From Candidatus Eiseniibacteriota bacterium (GTDB taxonomy: Bacteria > Eisenbacteria > RBG-16-71-46): a stretch of 64,000 nt of DNA. The notes below the pieces were generated by a model that saw nothing but the letters and a program-made list of their open reading frames with translations, had not been told where the DNA came from and ran no database searches. Each line of letters starts with the position of its first letter. Positions within the stretch are counted from its first letter, which is position 1. Where the stretch lies: contig JBGAML010000001.1 in assembly GCA_044223005.1 (NCBI GenBank), forward strand, positions 224,001 through 288,000, given 5' to 3'. A program made the translations under genes and the position numbers. Below, piece after piece: positions 12,381 to 20,900 of this stretch.

Positions 12381-12427
12381 TTGACCCGGACCATCCACGC
12401 CAGTTAAGTTACCTCAACAATATTGAG
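12381..12427 (+). promoter_or_regulatory. sigma70-type promoter overlapped by a putative DtxR/MntR-type operator
   Basis: TTGACC (12381) lies 17-18 nt before TTAAGT/TAAGTT. AT-rich inverted repeats GTTAAG-TTAC-CTCAAC and CTCAA-CAATA-TTGAG stand out in GC-rich DNA. Confidence 0.6.
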
Positions 12428-12494
12428 TGGCCTTTGGGCGCGCCCCGCCGCGGGGGCGCGCCGGACGGCCGCTCCGTTCGAAACGAGGACCGAG

Positions 12495-13046
12495 ATGGAC
12501 GTCTGGAAGCGCTTCGGTGAGAAGGAAGTCAGCCACTCGATGGCCCACTACCTCCAGGCCGTGGCCGCGCTCAAGACCGAGAAGGGCCACGCGCGCGTCG
12601 GCGACATCGCCGACCACCTGGGCGTCTCCAAGAGCGGCGTCACCTCCATGATGCGCGCGCTGCAGACGCGCGGCCTGGTCGAGCACGAGCGCTACGGCTG
12701 CGTCGAGCTCACGACCGCGGGCCAGCACCTCGCCGAGCGCACCGAATCGAGCCGCCGCGTGCTGACCATGTTCCTCGCCGAGATCCTCGGCGTGAACGAA
12801 GAGGTCGCGAGCGAGGACGCGTGCATGATCGAGCACCTCGTCTCGCCCGAAGTCTCGGTCGAGCTGCTGCGCCTGACGAGCTTCCTGCGCTCGGGTCACC
12901 CCGCCGCGGCCGCGTTCCGCGAGGCCTACCGCACGAGCCCGCGCTCGTGCGCGGACCACGCCCCCGGCGCGTGCGATCTCTGCGGCGCCACCTGCCTGCG
13001 CGAATCGCTCGTGCGCGAGATCGGCGAGGGCGGGCTCACCGCGTGA
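12495..13046 (+). CDS. DtxR/MntR-family metal-dependent repressor with Cys-rich C-terminal tail
   Basis: HYLQAV...ARVGDIADHLGVSKSGVTSM wHTH, LTTAG and EDACMIEH motifs; tail CADHAPGACDLCGATC. Confidence 0.88.
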   Translation: MDVWKRFGEKEVSHSMAHYLQAVAALKTEKGHARVGDIADHLGVSKSGVTSMMRALQTRGLVEHERYGCVELTTAGQHLAERTESSRRVLTMFLAEILGVNEEVASEDACMIEHLVSPEVSVELLRLTSFLRSGHPAAAAFREAYRTSPRSCADHAPGACDLCGATCLRESLVREIGEGGLTA

Positions 13047-13297
13047 GCGGGACGAACGGCACCGGCGGCGAGCGCACGCTCGACCAGCTCGCACCCGGCG
13101 CGGGCGGCGCGATCGCGCGCGTCGACGGCGATCCCGCGATCGTGCGCCGCCTGATGGAACTCGGGCTCGTGCCCGGCACCGAGGTCGGCATGGTGCGCAC
13201 GGCCCCGCTCGGCGATCCGCTCGAAGTCACCGTGCGCGGCATGCATCTCTCCCTGCGCCGCTCGGAGGCCCGCCACATCCATGTCGAGACCCGCTGA
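13043..13297 (+). CDS. feoA: Ferrous iron transport protein A
   Basis: RRLMELGLVPGTEV...APLGDPLEVTVRG..LSLRRSEA; GTGA overlap with the repressor gene. Confidence 0.93.
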   Translation: MSGTNGTGGERTLDQLAPGAGGAIARVDGDPAIVRRLMELGLVPGTEVGMVRTAPLGDPLEVTVRGMHLSLRRSEARHIHVETR

Positions 13298-15512
13298 CCC
13301 CGCGGCGGGGCCGCAGCCGGTCGACCTCGCCCCCGTGCGCGCCGCGGCCACCGCGCCGCGCCGCATCGCGATCCTCGGCAATCCCAACGCCGGCAAGTCG
13401 ACGCTCTTCAACGCGCTCACGGGGCTGCGGCAGAAGGTCGGCAACTACCCGGGCGTCACGGTCGAGAAGAAGACAGGCGCGTGCGAGCTGCCCTCGGGGC
13501 GCCGCGCGGAGCTGATCGACCTGCCGGGCAGCTACAGCCTGCACCCGGCCTCGCCCGACGAACGCATCGTGCGCGACGTGCTGCTCGGGCTGCAAGCCGA
13601 CACGCCGCCGCCCGACCTGATCGTGTTCGTCGTCGACGCGACCAACCTGGACCGCCACCTCTACCTGGCACTGCAGGTGATCGAGCTGGGGCGGCCGCTC
13701 GTGCTCGCGCTCAACATGATGGACTCGGCGCGCGACCAGGGCATCCGGATCGACACGGGGCTGCTCGAGCGCTCGCTGGGCGTGCCGGTGATCGGGATCT
13801 CCGCCGCGAAGGGCGAGGGGCTCGGCCACCTGCGGCGCATGATGGATCGCGACGTCGAGCCCTCGGCCGCGCACTTCCGCCGCTGGGCGCCGCACCTGAA
13901 GCGCGTGCTCGACCGGCTCGAGGCGCGCCTGCCCCGGCACGCGTCGTTGCCCGAGCGCGCGCGGCACGACTTCGCGCTCGCGCTGCTGCTCGACGACGGC
14001 GAGGACGACGCGCTGGCGCGCAGCGCGCCGCCGGACGTGCTCGACGACGCGCACGTGCTCGCGCGCCGGCTCGACGTGCTCTCGCCCGGCTGGCGCTCGG
14101 GCGACGTCGAGGGGCGCTACGAGACCATCCAGGCCACGCTCGCGACCGCGGTCACGGCGCCGGGCACGCGGCGCCACCACCGCAGCGACGCGATCGACCG
14201 CGTGCTCACGCACCGCGTGTTCGGGCCCGTGATCTTCGTGCTGCTCATGGGCGCGGTCTTCCAGTCGGTGTTCGCGTGGGCGCAGCCCGCCATGGACTTC
14301 ATCGACACGTGGGTCGGGCGCTTCGGCCAGCTGGTCGGGCACCTGATGCCCGGCGGCCCGCTGCGCTCGCTGCTCGTGGACGGCGTGATCGCCGGCGTCG
14401 GCACCGCGCTCACGTTCGTGCCGCAGATCGCGATCCTCTTCTTCTTCCTGTCGGTGCTCGAGGACACGGGCTACATGGCGCGGGCCGCGTTCATCATGGA
14501 CCGCATCATGGGCCGCGTCGGACTCTCGGGCCGCGCGTTCATCCCGCTGCTCTCGTCGTTCGCCTGCGCGATCCCCGGCATCATGGCCACGCGCACGATC
14601 GACAACCGGCGCGACCGCTTCACAACCATCTTGATCGCGCCGTTCATGTCGTGCAGCGCGCGGCTCCCGGTGTTCGCGCTGCTGATCGGCGCGTTCATCC
14701 CGAACCGCTGGGTCGGGTTCGTCACGCTGCCGGGCATCACGCTGTTCGCGATGTACTTCCTCGGGATCGTGGCCGCGATCGCGGTCGCGTGGGTGCTCAA
14801 GCGCACCGTGTTGCGCGGCGGCCGGCCGCTCTACGTGATGGAGCTGCCGCCCTACCGCATGCCCTCGTGGCGGTCGGTACTGCTCGCGGTGCGCGAGCGC
14901 GTCGTGCTGTTCGTCGCCAACGCCGGCACGGTGATCCTCGCGATCACGGTGGTGCTGTGGTTCCTCGCGTCGTACCCGCACGGCGGAGCCGACGTGGAGG
15001 CGCTGAAGGTGCGCCACACGGCCGCCGAGACCGCGGGCCGGCCCGCGGAGGCGCGCCTGCTGGAGCGCCAGATCGCCGGGCTCGAACTGGAGCACTCGTT
15101 CGCGGGCCAGGTCGGCCGCGCGATCGAGCCCGTGATCGCGCCGCTCGGCTTCGACTGGCGGATCGGTATCGGGCTCGTGACCTCGCTCGCCGCGCGCGAA
15201 GTGATGGTGTCCACCATGGCGACCGTGTTCAACCTCGGCGACCGCGAGGGCGACCTGGTGCCGCTGCGCCAAAACCTGCGCGACGCGATCGATCCGCGTA
15301 CGGGAAAGCGCGCCTACTCGCCGCTCATGGGCGTGGCGCTGATGGTGTTCTTCGTGCTCGCCTGCCAGTGCATGTCCACGGTCGCGGTGGTCCGGCGCGA
15401 GACGCAGTCCTGGCGCTGGCCGATCTTCATGCTCGTCATGATGAACGCGCTCGCGTGGATCGTCGCGTTCGTCGTCTACCAGGGCGGCCGCCTCATGGGG
15501 TTGGGAACATGA
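13281..15512 (+). CDS. feoB: Ferrous iron transport protein B
   Basis: G1 GNPNAGKS, VGNYPGVTVE, DLPGSYSL and NMMD motifs; gate motifs FACAIPG, PFMSCSARLPV and MELPPYR. Confidence 0.97.
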   Translation: MSRPADPAAGPQPVDLAPVRAAATAPRRIAILGNPNAGKSTLFNALTGLRQKVGNYPGVTVEKKTGACELPSGRRAELIDLPGSYSLHPASPDERIVRDVLLGLQADTPPPDLIVFVVDATNLDRHLYLALQVIELGRPLVLALNMMDSARDQGIRIDTGLLERSLGVPVIGISAAKGEGLGHLRRMMDRDVEPSAAHFRRWAPHLKRVLDRLEARLPRHASLPERARHDFALALLLDDGEDDALARSAPPDVLDDAHVLARRLDVLSPGWRSGDVEGRYETIQATLATAVTAPGTRRHHRSDAIDRVLTHRVFGPVIFVLLMGAVFQSVFAWAQPAMDFIDTWVGRFGQLVGHLMPGGPLRSLLVDGVIAGVGTALTFVPQIAILFFFLSVLEDTGYMARAAFIMDRIMGRVGLSGRAFIPLLSSFACAIPGIMATRTIDNRRDRFTTILIAPFMSCSARLPVFALLIGAFIPNRWVGFVTLPGITLFAMYFLGIVAAIAVAWVLKRTVLRGGRPLYVMELPPYRMPSWRSVLLAVRERVVLFVANAGTVILAITVVLWFLASYPHGGADVEALKVRHTAAETAGRPAEARLLERQIAGLELEHSFAGQVGRAIEPVIAPLGFDWRIGIGLVTSLAAREVMVSTMATVFNLGDREGDLVPLRQNLRDAIDPRTGKRAYSPLMGVALMVFFVLACQCMSTVAVVRRETQSWRWPIFMLVMMNALAWIVAFVVYQGGRLMGLGT

Positions 15513-15733
15513 ACGGCTTCTCGTGGCAGGACGTGGCCGTGGGCGCGATCGCCGCGCTCGCACTGGGTTGGCTGGTCGCACGCCGCATCCGGAGTGCCCG
15601 CCGCGGCGAGGCGGCCGCGTGCGAGAACTGCCCCTCCGCCGCGCCCGCGCCGCGCGGCGTGCGCCCGGCGCCGCAGCCCGAGCTCCTGCTCGGCATCGGC
15701 GAGCCGTCGCCCCGCGACGGCACCCGGCGCTGA
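15509..15733 (+). CDS. FeoB-associated small Cys-containing membrane protein
   Basis: One TM helix followed by AACENCP; ATGA overlap with the feoB stop. Confidence 0.75.
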   Translation: MNGFSWQDVAVGAIAALALGWLVARRIRSARRGEAAACENCPSAAPAPRGVRPAPQPELLLGIGEPSPRDGTRR

Positions 15734-15865
15734 CGCACCGGCAATTCCCCGCCGCGGCGCGAGTTGCCCCGCGGGCCGGCGCGCGCACTTCAGGGGCCCG
15801 CCGCGCTGCCGAGACTGCGAATCGACGAGCGCGCGCACGGGAAGCGTGCGTCCCCGAGGACCCCC

Positions 15866-16975
15866 TTGAGCTTGCAACCGATTCGCAGGATCGCCATCAG
15901 CACCGGCGGCGGTGACGCGCCCGGGCTGAACGCCGTGATTTGCGCCGTCGTATTGGCCGCGCTGCAGCGTCGCTGGGAGTGCGTCGGGATCCGCGACGGC
16001 TACAACGGCCTGTTGCTGCCGTCCGACTATCCCGACGGCGGGCTCGTGCCGCTCACGCGCCGCTCGGTCGCCGGCATCACGCACCTCGGCGGCACGATCC
16101 TCGGGACCACGAACCGCGGCAACCCGGTGAAGTTCCCGGTGAAGCAGCCGGACGGCACGTTCGTCGAGGTCGATCGCAGCGACGAACTCCTGGAGCGCTT
16201 CTCGGAGGAGAACATCGACGCCCTGGTCACGATCGGCGGCGACGGCTCGCTCGGGATCGGCTACCACCTCGCCAGCAAGGGGCTGCGCGTGATCGGCGTG
16301 CCCAAGACGATCGACAACGACCTCGACAACACGTTCATGACCTTCGGCTTCGACACCGCCGTGTCGTTCGCCACCGAGTGCCTCGACCGCCTGCACACGA
16401 CCGCGACCAGCCACCGCCGCATCATGGTGGTCGAGGTCATGGGCCGCTACGCGGGCTGGATCGCGCTGCACGCCGGCATCGCGGGCAACGCCGACGTGAT
16501 CCTGATTCCCGAGATCCCGTACGACATCGAGAAGGTGGCCGAGGTCGTGCGCGAGCGCGAACGTTCGGGCCGGCTGTACACGATCGTCGTCGTCGCCGAG
16601 GGCGCCGTGCCCGTGGGCGGCGGCGTGTCGGTGCTCGGCAAGGCCGTCGGCCAGGCCGAGAAGCTGGGCGGCGTGGGTGAGAAGGTCGCGCGCGAACTGG
16701 AAGCGCGCACGGGGCGCGAATCGCGCACCGTCGTGCTCGGGCACCTGCTGCGCGGCGGGTCGCCCACCAGCTTCGACCGCCTGGTGGCGCTGCGCTTCGG
16801 CGCCGCCGCCGTGCGCGCGCTGGACGAGGGCCTCTCCTCGGTCATGGTCTCGCTCAACCCGCCCACCGTGCGCTACGAGCCGCTCAAGTCGGCGGTGAAA
16901 CGCATGAAGACCGTGCCGCTGGATTCCGACACCATGGAATCGGCGCGCGATCTGGGGATCCGCTTCGGGGACTGA
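15866..16975 (+). CDS. pfkA: 6-phosphofructokinase (probably ATP-dependent)
   Basis: TGGGDAPGLNA, GGTILGT, GGDGS, PKTIDND and EVMGRYAGWIA; TTG start after GAGG. Confidence 0.93.
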   Translation: MSLQPIRRIAISTGGGDAPGLNAVICAVVLAALQRRWECVGIRDGYNGLLLPSDYPDGGLVPLTRRSVAGITHLGGTILGTTNRGNPVKFPVKQPDGTFVEVDRSDELLERFSEENIDALVTIGGDGSLGIGYHLASKGLRVIGVPKTIDNDLDNTFMTFGFDTAVSFATECLDRLHTTATSHRRIMVVEVMGRYAGWIALHAGIAGNADVILIPEIPYDIEKVAEVVRERERSGRLYTIVVVAEGAVPVGGGVSVLGKAVGQAEKLGGVGEKVARELEARTGRESRTVVLGHLLRGGSPTSFDRLVALRFGAAAVRALDEGLSSVMVSLNPPTVRYEPLKSAVKRMKTVPLDSDTMESARDLGIRFGD

Positions 16976-17094
16976 AGGCCGCCGCGGGCCGCGCCGGTCG
17001 CGGCCCGCATCCCCGAACTGCGCGCCCGGCCCGCCAGAAGCCCGGGGCGGAATTTCGTATTCTCGTGGGCGAGCGGTGCTCCAAGGAGCGTGGG

Positions 17095-17658
17095 ATGGAC
17101 CATTCGTCACCTCGAGCAGGCGGCGGGATCCTCGCCTCGATCACGTCCGTGATCGGCTGGCTGCTCTACGGCACGGCGGGGTTGCTCGCGTTGATCGCCA
17201 TGGCGTTCGTATTCGGTCGCAGTGGCGGAACGCCCGGTGCAGGCGACGAGACAGGACGTTCGATGGCGGTGTCCTTCGCCCTCTCCTGGCTGCTCCCGAT
17301 TGCGGCCGCAACGGCGCTGATCGGATGGCTGGTGCGCGCGCTTCCGCTCCAAGGAGCTCGGCCCGGAGCCTCCGCCACGGACGGACGCCCCCGGGCCATG
17401 CTCCTGAACCTGGGCCCCACGGGACGGAAGCGCGTGGCGTTCGGATTCGCGGGCGCCGGCGCCTTGCTCTTGGTCGTCGTGGTCCGCTTGATCGTGGGCG
17501 GCCTGTCGAGCGCGGCCCGAAGCCCGGGCCGGGTGACGGACCTGGCGGCGCTCGCGTGGCAGGATCTCCTCCTCACCTCGCCGTTGTTGCTGCTCGCAAT
17601 GATCGCCTTCGTGGTCGCGATCCGAGTGGGCATGAGCAGTGGAGCCGCGCGTGGGTAG
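17095..17658 (+). CDS. Hypothetical membrane protein (about 4 TM)
   Basis: AAGGAG RBS and four hydrophobic stretches; no recognisable family. Confidence 0.55.
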   Translation: MDHSSPRAGGGILASITSVIGWLLYGTAGLLALIAMAFVFGRSGGTPGAGDETGRSMAVSFALSWLLPIAAATALIGWLVRALPLQGARPGASATDGRPRAMLLNLGPTGRKRVAFGFAGAGALLLVVVVRLIVGGLSSAARSPGRVTDLAALAWQDLLLTSPLLLLAMIAFVVAIRVGMSSGAARG

Positions 17659-17900
17659 CCCGAACGCGAGTTGCGAACGACCGGCGGTCGCAATCGCGCC
17701 GCGCCGGTCGTGGCCCGCGCCCCTGCGGCCCGGTGTCCCGCGAGTGGCCTGCCGGAATCCCTTGGCGTACCCCGCGGATCCCACGCTAGACTCAGCCGAT
17801 CTCCCCTCCCGGTAAGTGCCGTGGCTTCGTGCCCGGCTCCTCCGCACGCCCCGGCCCGCCGACGGCCGGCGTCATCGTGACCCCGTACGAGGCCCGCGCC

Positions 17901-20900
17901 ATGAAGCGTCTGCTGTCGACCGCCTGCACCGCCCTGTTCCTCCTCGTCCCCGCGCTCGCGCTCGCCGCGGACCGACCCCGCCTGATGCCGGATCCCGTGA
18001 CGCACATCGAACAGGGACCGATCGTCAGACCGCACTCGATCGAGTTCACGTCGCTACCGCGCGTCTCGGCGTTTCCGTACGTCGGGCCGCAGAAGGAAGT
18101 GCACGACGAAGGCGTCTGGGAAGAAGCGGAGCAGGACCTCCAGGCGCAGAAGGCGAATCCGCGCGGTGTCGACCTGCGCGCGCTCGGTTCGCACGTCACG
18201 CTCGACGCGACGAGCTCCGGCGGCGGGCTCACCCCGTTGGCGCCCACGCTCGGCACCGGCTTCGAGGGCATCACGCAGGGGCCGTACATCCCCAGCGAGC
18301 CCACGGTGGCGGCCGGCCCGCTGAACATCTTCAGCGCCGGCAACGTCAACGTGACCGTCACCAACAAGGACGGCTCCAACCGCGTCGAGACCGACGGCGC
18401 CACGTTCTTCGGCGTGCCGGTCGCGGAAGGCGCGATCTCGGACGCGCAGTGCTACTACGACGCCGTGCACGGCCGCTTCGTCGCCGTGGCGTTCACGCAG
18501 GGCACGAGCCCCAGCAACTACTCGAACTTCTACCTGCTCATCAGCAAGACCAACGACGCCCGCGGCGCGTGGTGGCAGTACAAGTTCGACATGACCAAGG
18601 ACGGCAGCACGTCCACGGCCAACTGGAGCGACTACGAGTCGCTCGGCCTCACCGAGGACAAGATCGTCCTCACCGCCCAGCAGTTCACGTTCGCGGCCGA
18701 CGCGTACGTGTACCCCAAGATCCGCGTGCTCGATCGCGCGGCGCTCTTCTCGGGCGCGGCGGCCTCGTACGTGGACTTCGTCAACTTCGCGGCGCCCACG
18801 GGCGGCGACACCTTCGACACGTTCGTCACCAAGTGCGCCCGCAACCTGACGCCCGGTGACGCCGTCGGGCACCTGCTGTGCGTGCGCGTGAACGGCGGCA
18901 CGAACGTGACGTACCGCGAGGTCACGGGCCCGCCCGCGTCGCCGTCGCTGAGCGCCGGCACCAAGGTGACGGTCGCCACGTACACCGCGCCGCCGGACGC
19001 CGTGCAGAAGGGCAGCGCCACGCTCGTGCCGACCAACGACTGCCGGCCGGGCGATTTCGTGGCCCGCAACGGCGTGCTGGTCGCGACCTGGCACTTCGGC
19101 ACCACGATCAGCGCGACCTCCGTCAGCGCCGTGCGCCTCTTCCGCATGCGCACGAGCGACCTCACCGTGCTGACCGACGAGACGTTCGGCGCCGCGAGCA
19201 CCTTCTACTACTACCCCGCCGCCACCGTGGACTCGGCGGGTACGGTCTACCTCGGCTTCGGCCGCTCGAGCTCGACCGAGTACCCGTCCGCGTACGTGAC
19301 CGGCCGGCGCCCGAGCGACGCGTCGATCGAGCCCAGCGTGCTCACCAAGGCGGGCCTCTCCGCGACGAGCCAGTCGCGCTGGGGCGACTACACGGGCATC
19401 GACAACGACGCCTCGCTCTCCGGCCCCGGCGGCACGTCCGCCTGGTACGCCGGCCAGTGGACCAAGGCCGCGAACTCGTTCGGCACGTGGATCAACACGA
19501 TGTCGTTCACGTACGGCCAGATCGGCGGTTCGGTGGTCGAAGACTGCGACGGCAACGCCGGCACGACCGGTGACCGCGCGCCGCGCGCGGGCGTCACGCT
19601 GACGCTGTTCTCGGGCGCGAGCCCGGTCGCGACCACGACGAGCGACGGCTCGGGCAACTACAACTTCGGCTACCTCGAAGCGGGCACGTACGACGTCGTG
19701 GTGACGCCGCCCGCGGGCGGTGGCGCGGTCGACGCGATCGCGGGCACGGGCGGCACCTCGCAGGTGCGCGTCGGCGCCAACGACCTGCAGGCGACGGTCA
19801 CGATCACCTCGGTGTCGACGGGCAACCAGTTCGTCGTCTCGGCGAACCACGCGGCCCCGGTCGCCACCACGATCTCGCCCAACTTCAAGGTGGTCGGTGA
19901 TCCCGGCTTCACCCTGACCGTGAACGGCTCCGGCTTCACGTCGTGCTCCACGGTGCGCGTGGACGGCGCGGACCGCACGACCACGTTCGTCAACGGAACG
20001 CAGCTGACGGCCGCGATCCCGGCGGGCGACCTCGCCGTGGGCGGCGCGCGCGCGGTCACGGTGTTCACGCCCACGCCCGGCGGCGGCACCTCGGCGCCGG
20101 TCTACCTCACCGTGAGCGCCACGCCCGACACGCAGGCGCCGACCGTCGCGGTCACGTCACCCGCGGGCGGCGAGAACTGGGCGGTCGGCTCGGCGCACGC
20201 CATCACGTGGACCGCGACCGACGACCACGTCGTCGCGTCCGTGGACCTGGCGCTGTCGATTGACGGCGGCGCGACGTTCCCGACCGCGATCGCGACCGGG
20301 ATCGCCAACTCGGGCTCGTTCGCGTGGACCGTGCCCTACACGCTGACCTCGACCGCGCGCGTGCGCGTCGTCGCGCACGACGGCGTCGGCAATCTCGGCG
20401 CCGACTCGAGCCACACCAACGTCACGTTCGCGGGCTGGACCGTCACGGCCAGCGCGGGCGCGGGCGGCGCGATCGCCCCGAGCGGCGTGCAGGTGGTGGC
20501 GGACGGCGCGACGCCGGCCTACACGATCACGCCGTCGGTGGGCTACCACGTGCAGGACGTGCTCGTGAACGGCGGCTCGGTGGGCGCCGTGACGGCCTAC
20601 ACGTTCGCCGCCATCCACGCGGACCAGACGATCTCGGCCTCGTTCGCGATCGACAGCTACACGCTGACCGTGAACACCTCCGGCAGCGGCACCGTGGCGA
20701 AGAGCCCCGACCAGCCGTCGTACCCGTACGGCACGCTGGTGACGCTCACCGCGACGCCCGCGGGCGGCTGGAACTTCGTGGGCTGGAGCGGCGACACGTC
20801 GGCCACGACCAACCCGCTCACGTTCGCCATGCGCGCCAACCGCACGATCACGGCGACGTTCGGGCAGCACACCTACGTGTGGAGCGCGTCGGGCACGGCA

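Noticed and set aside
15866..16975. PPi-dependent PFK suggested by PKTIDND
   Set aside because: GGDG rather than GGDD at the phosphoryl-donor position favours ATP dependence. This is an ordinary enzyme.
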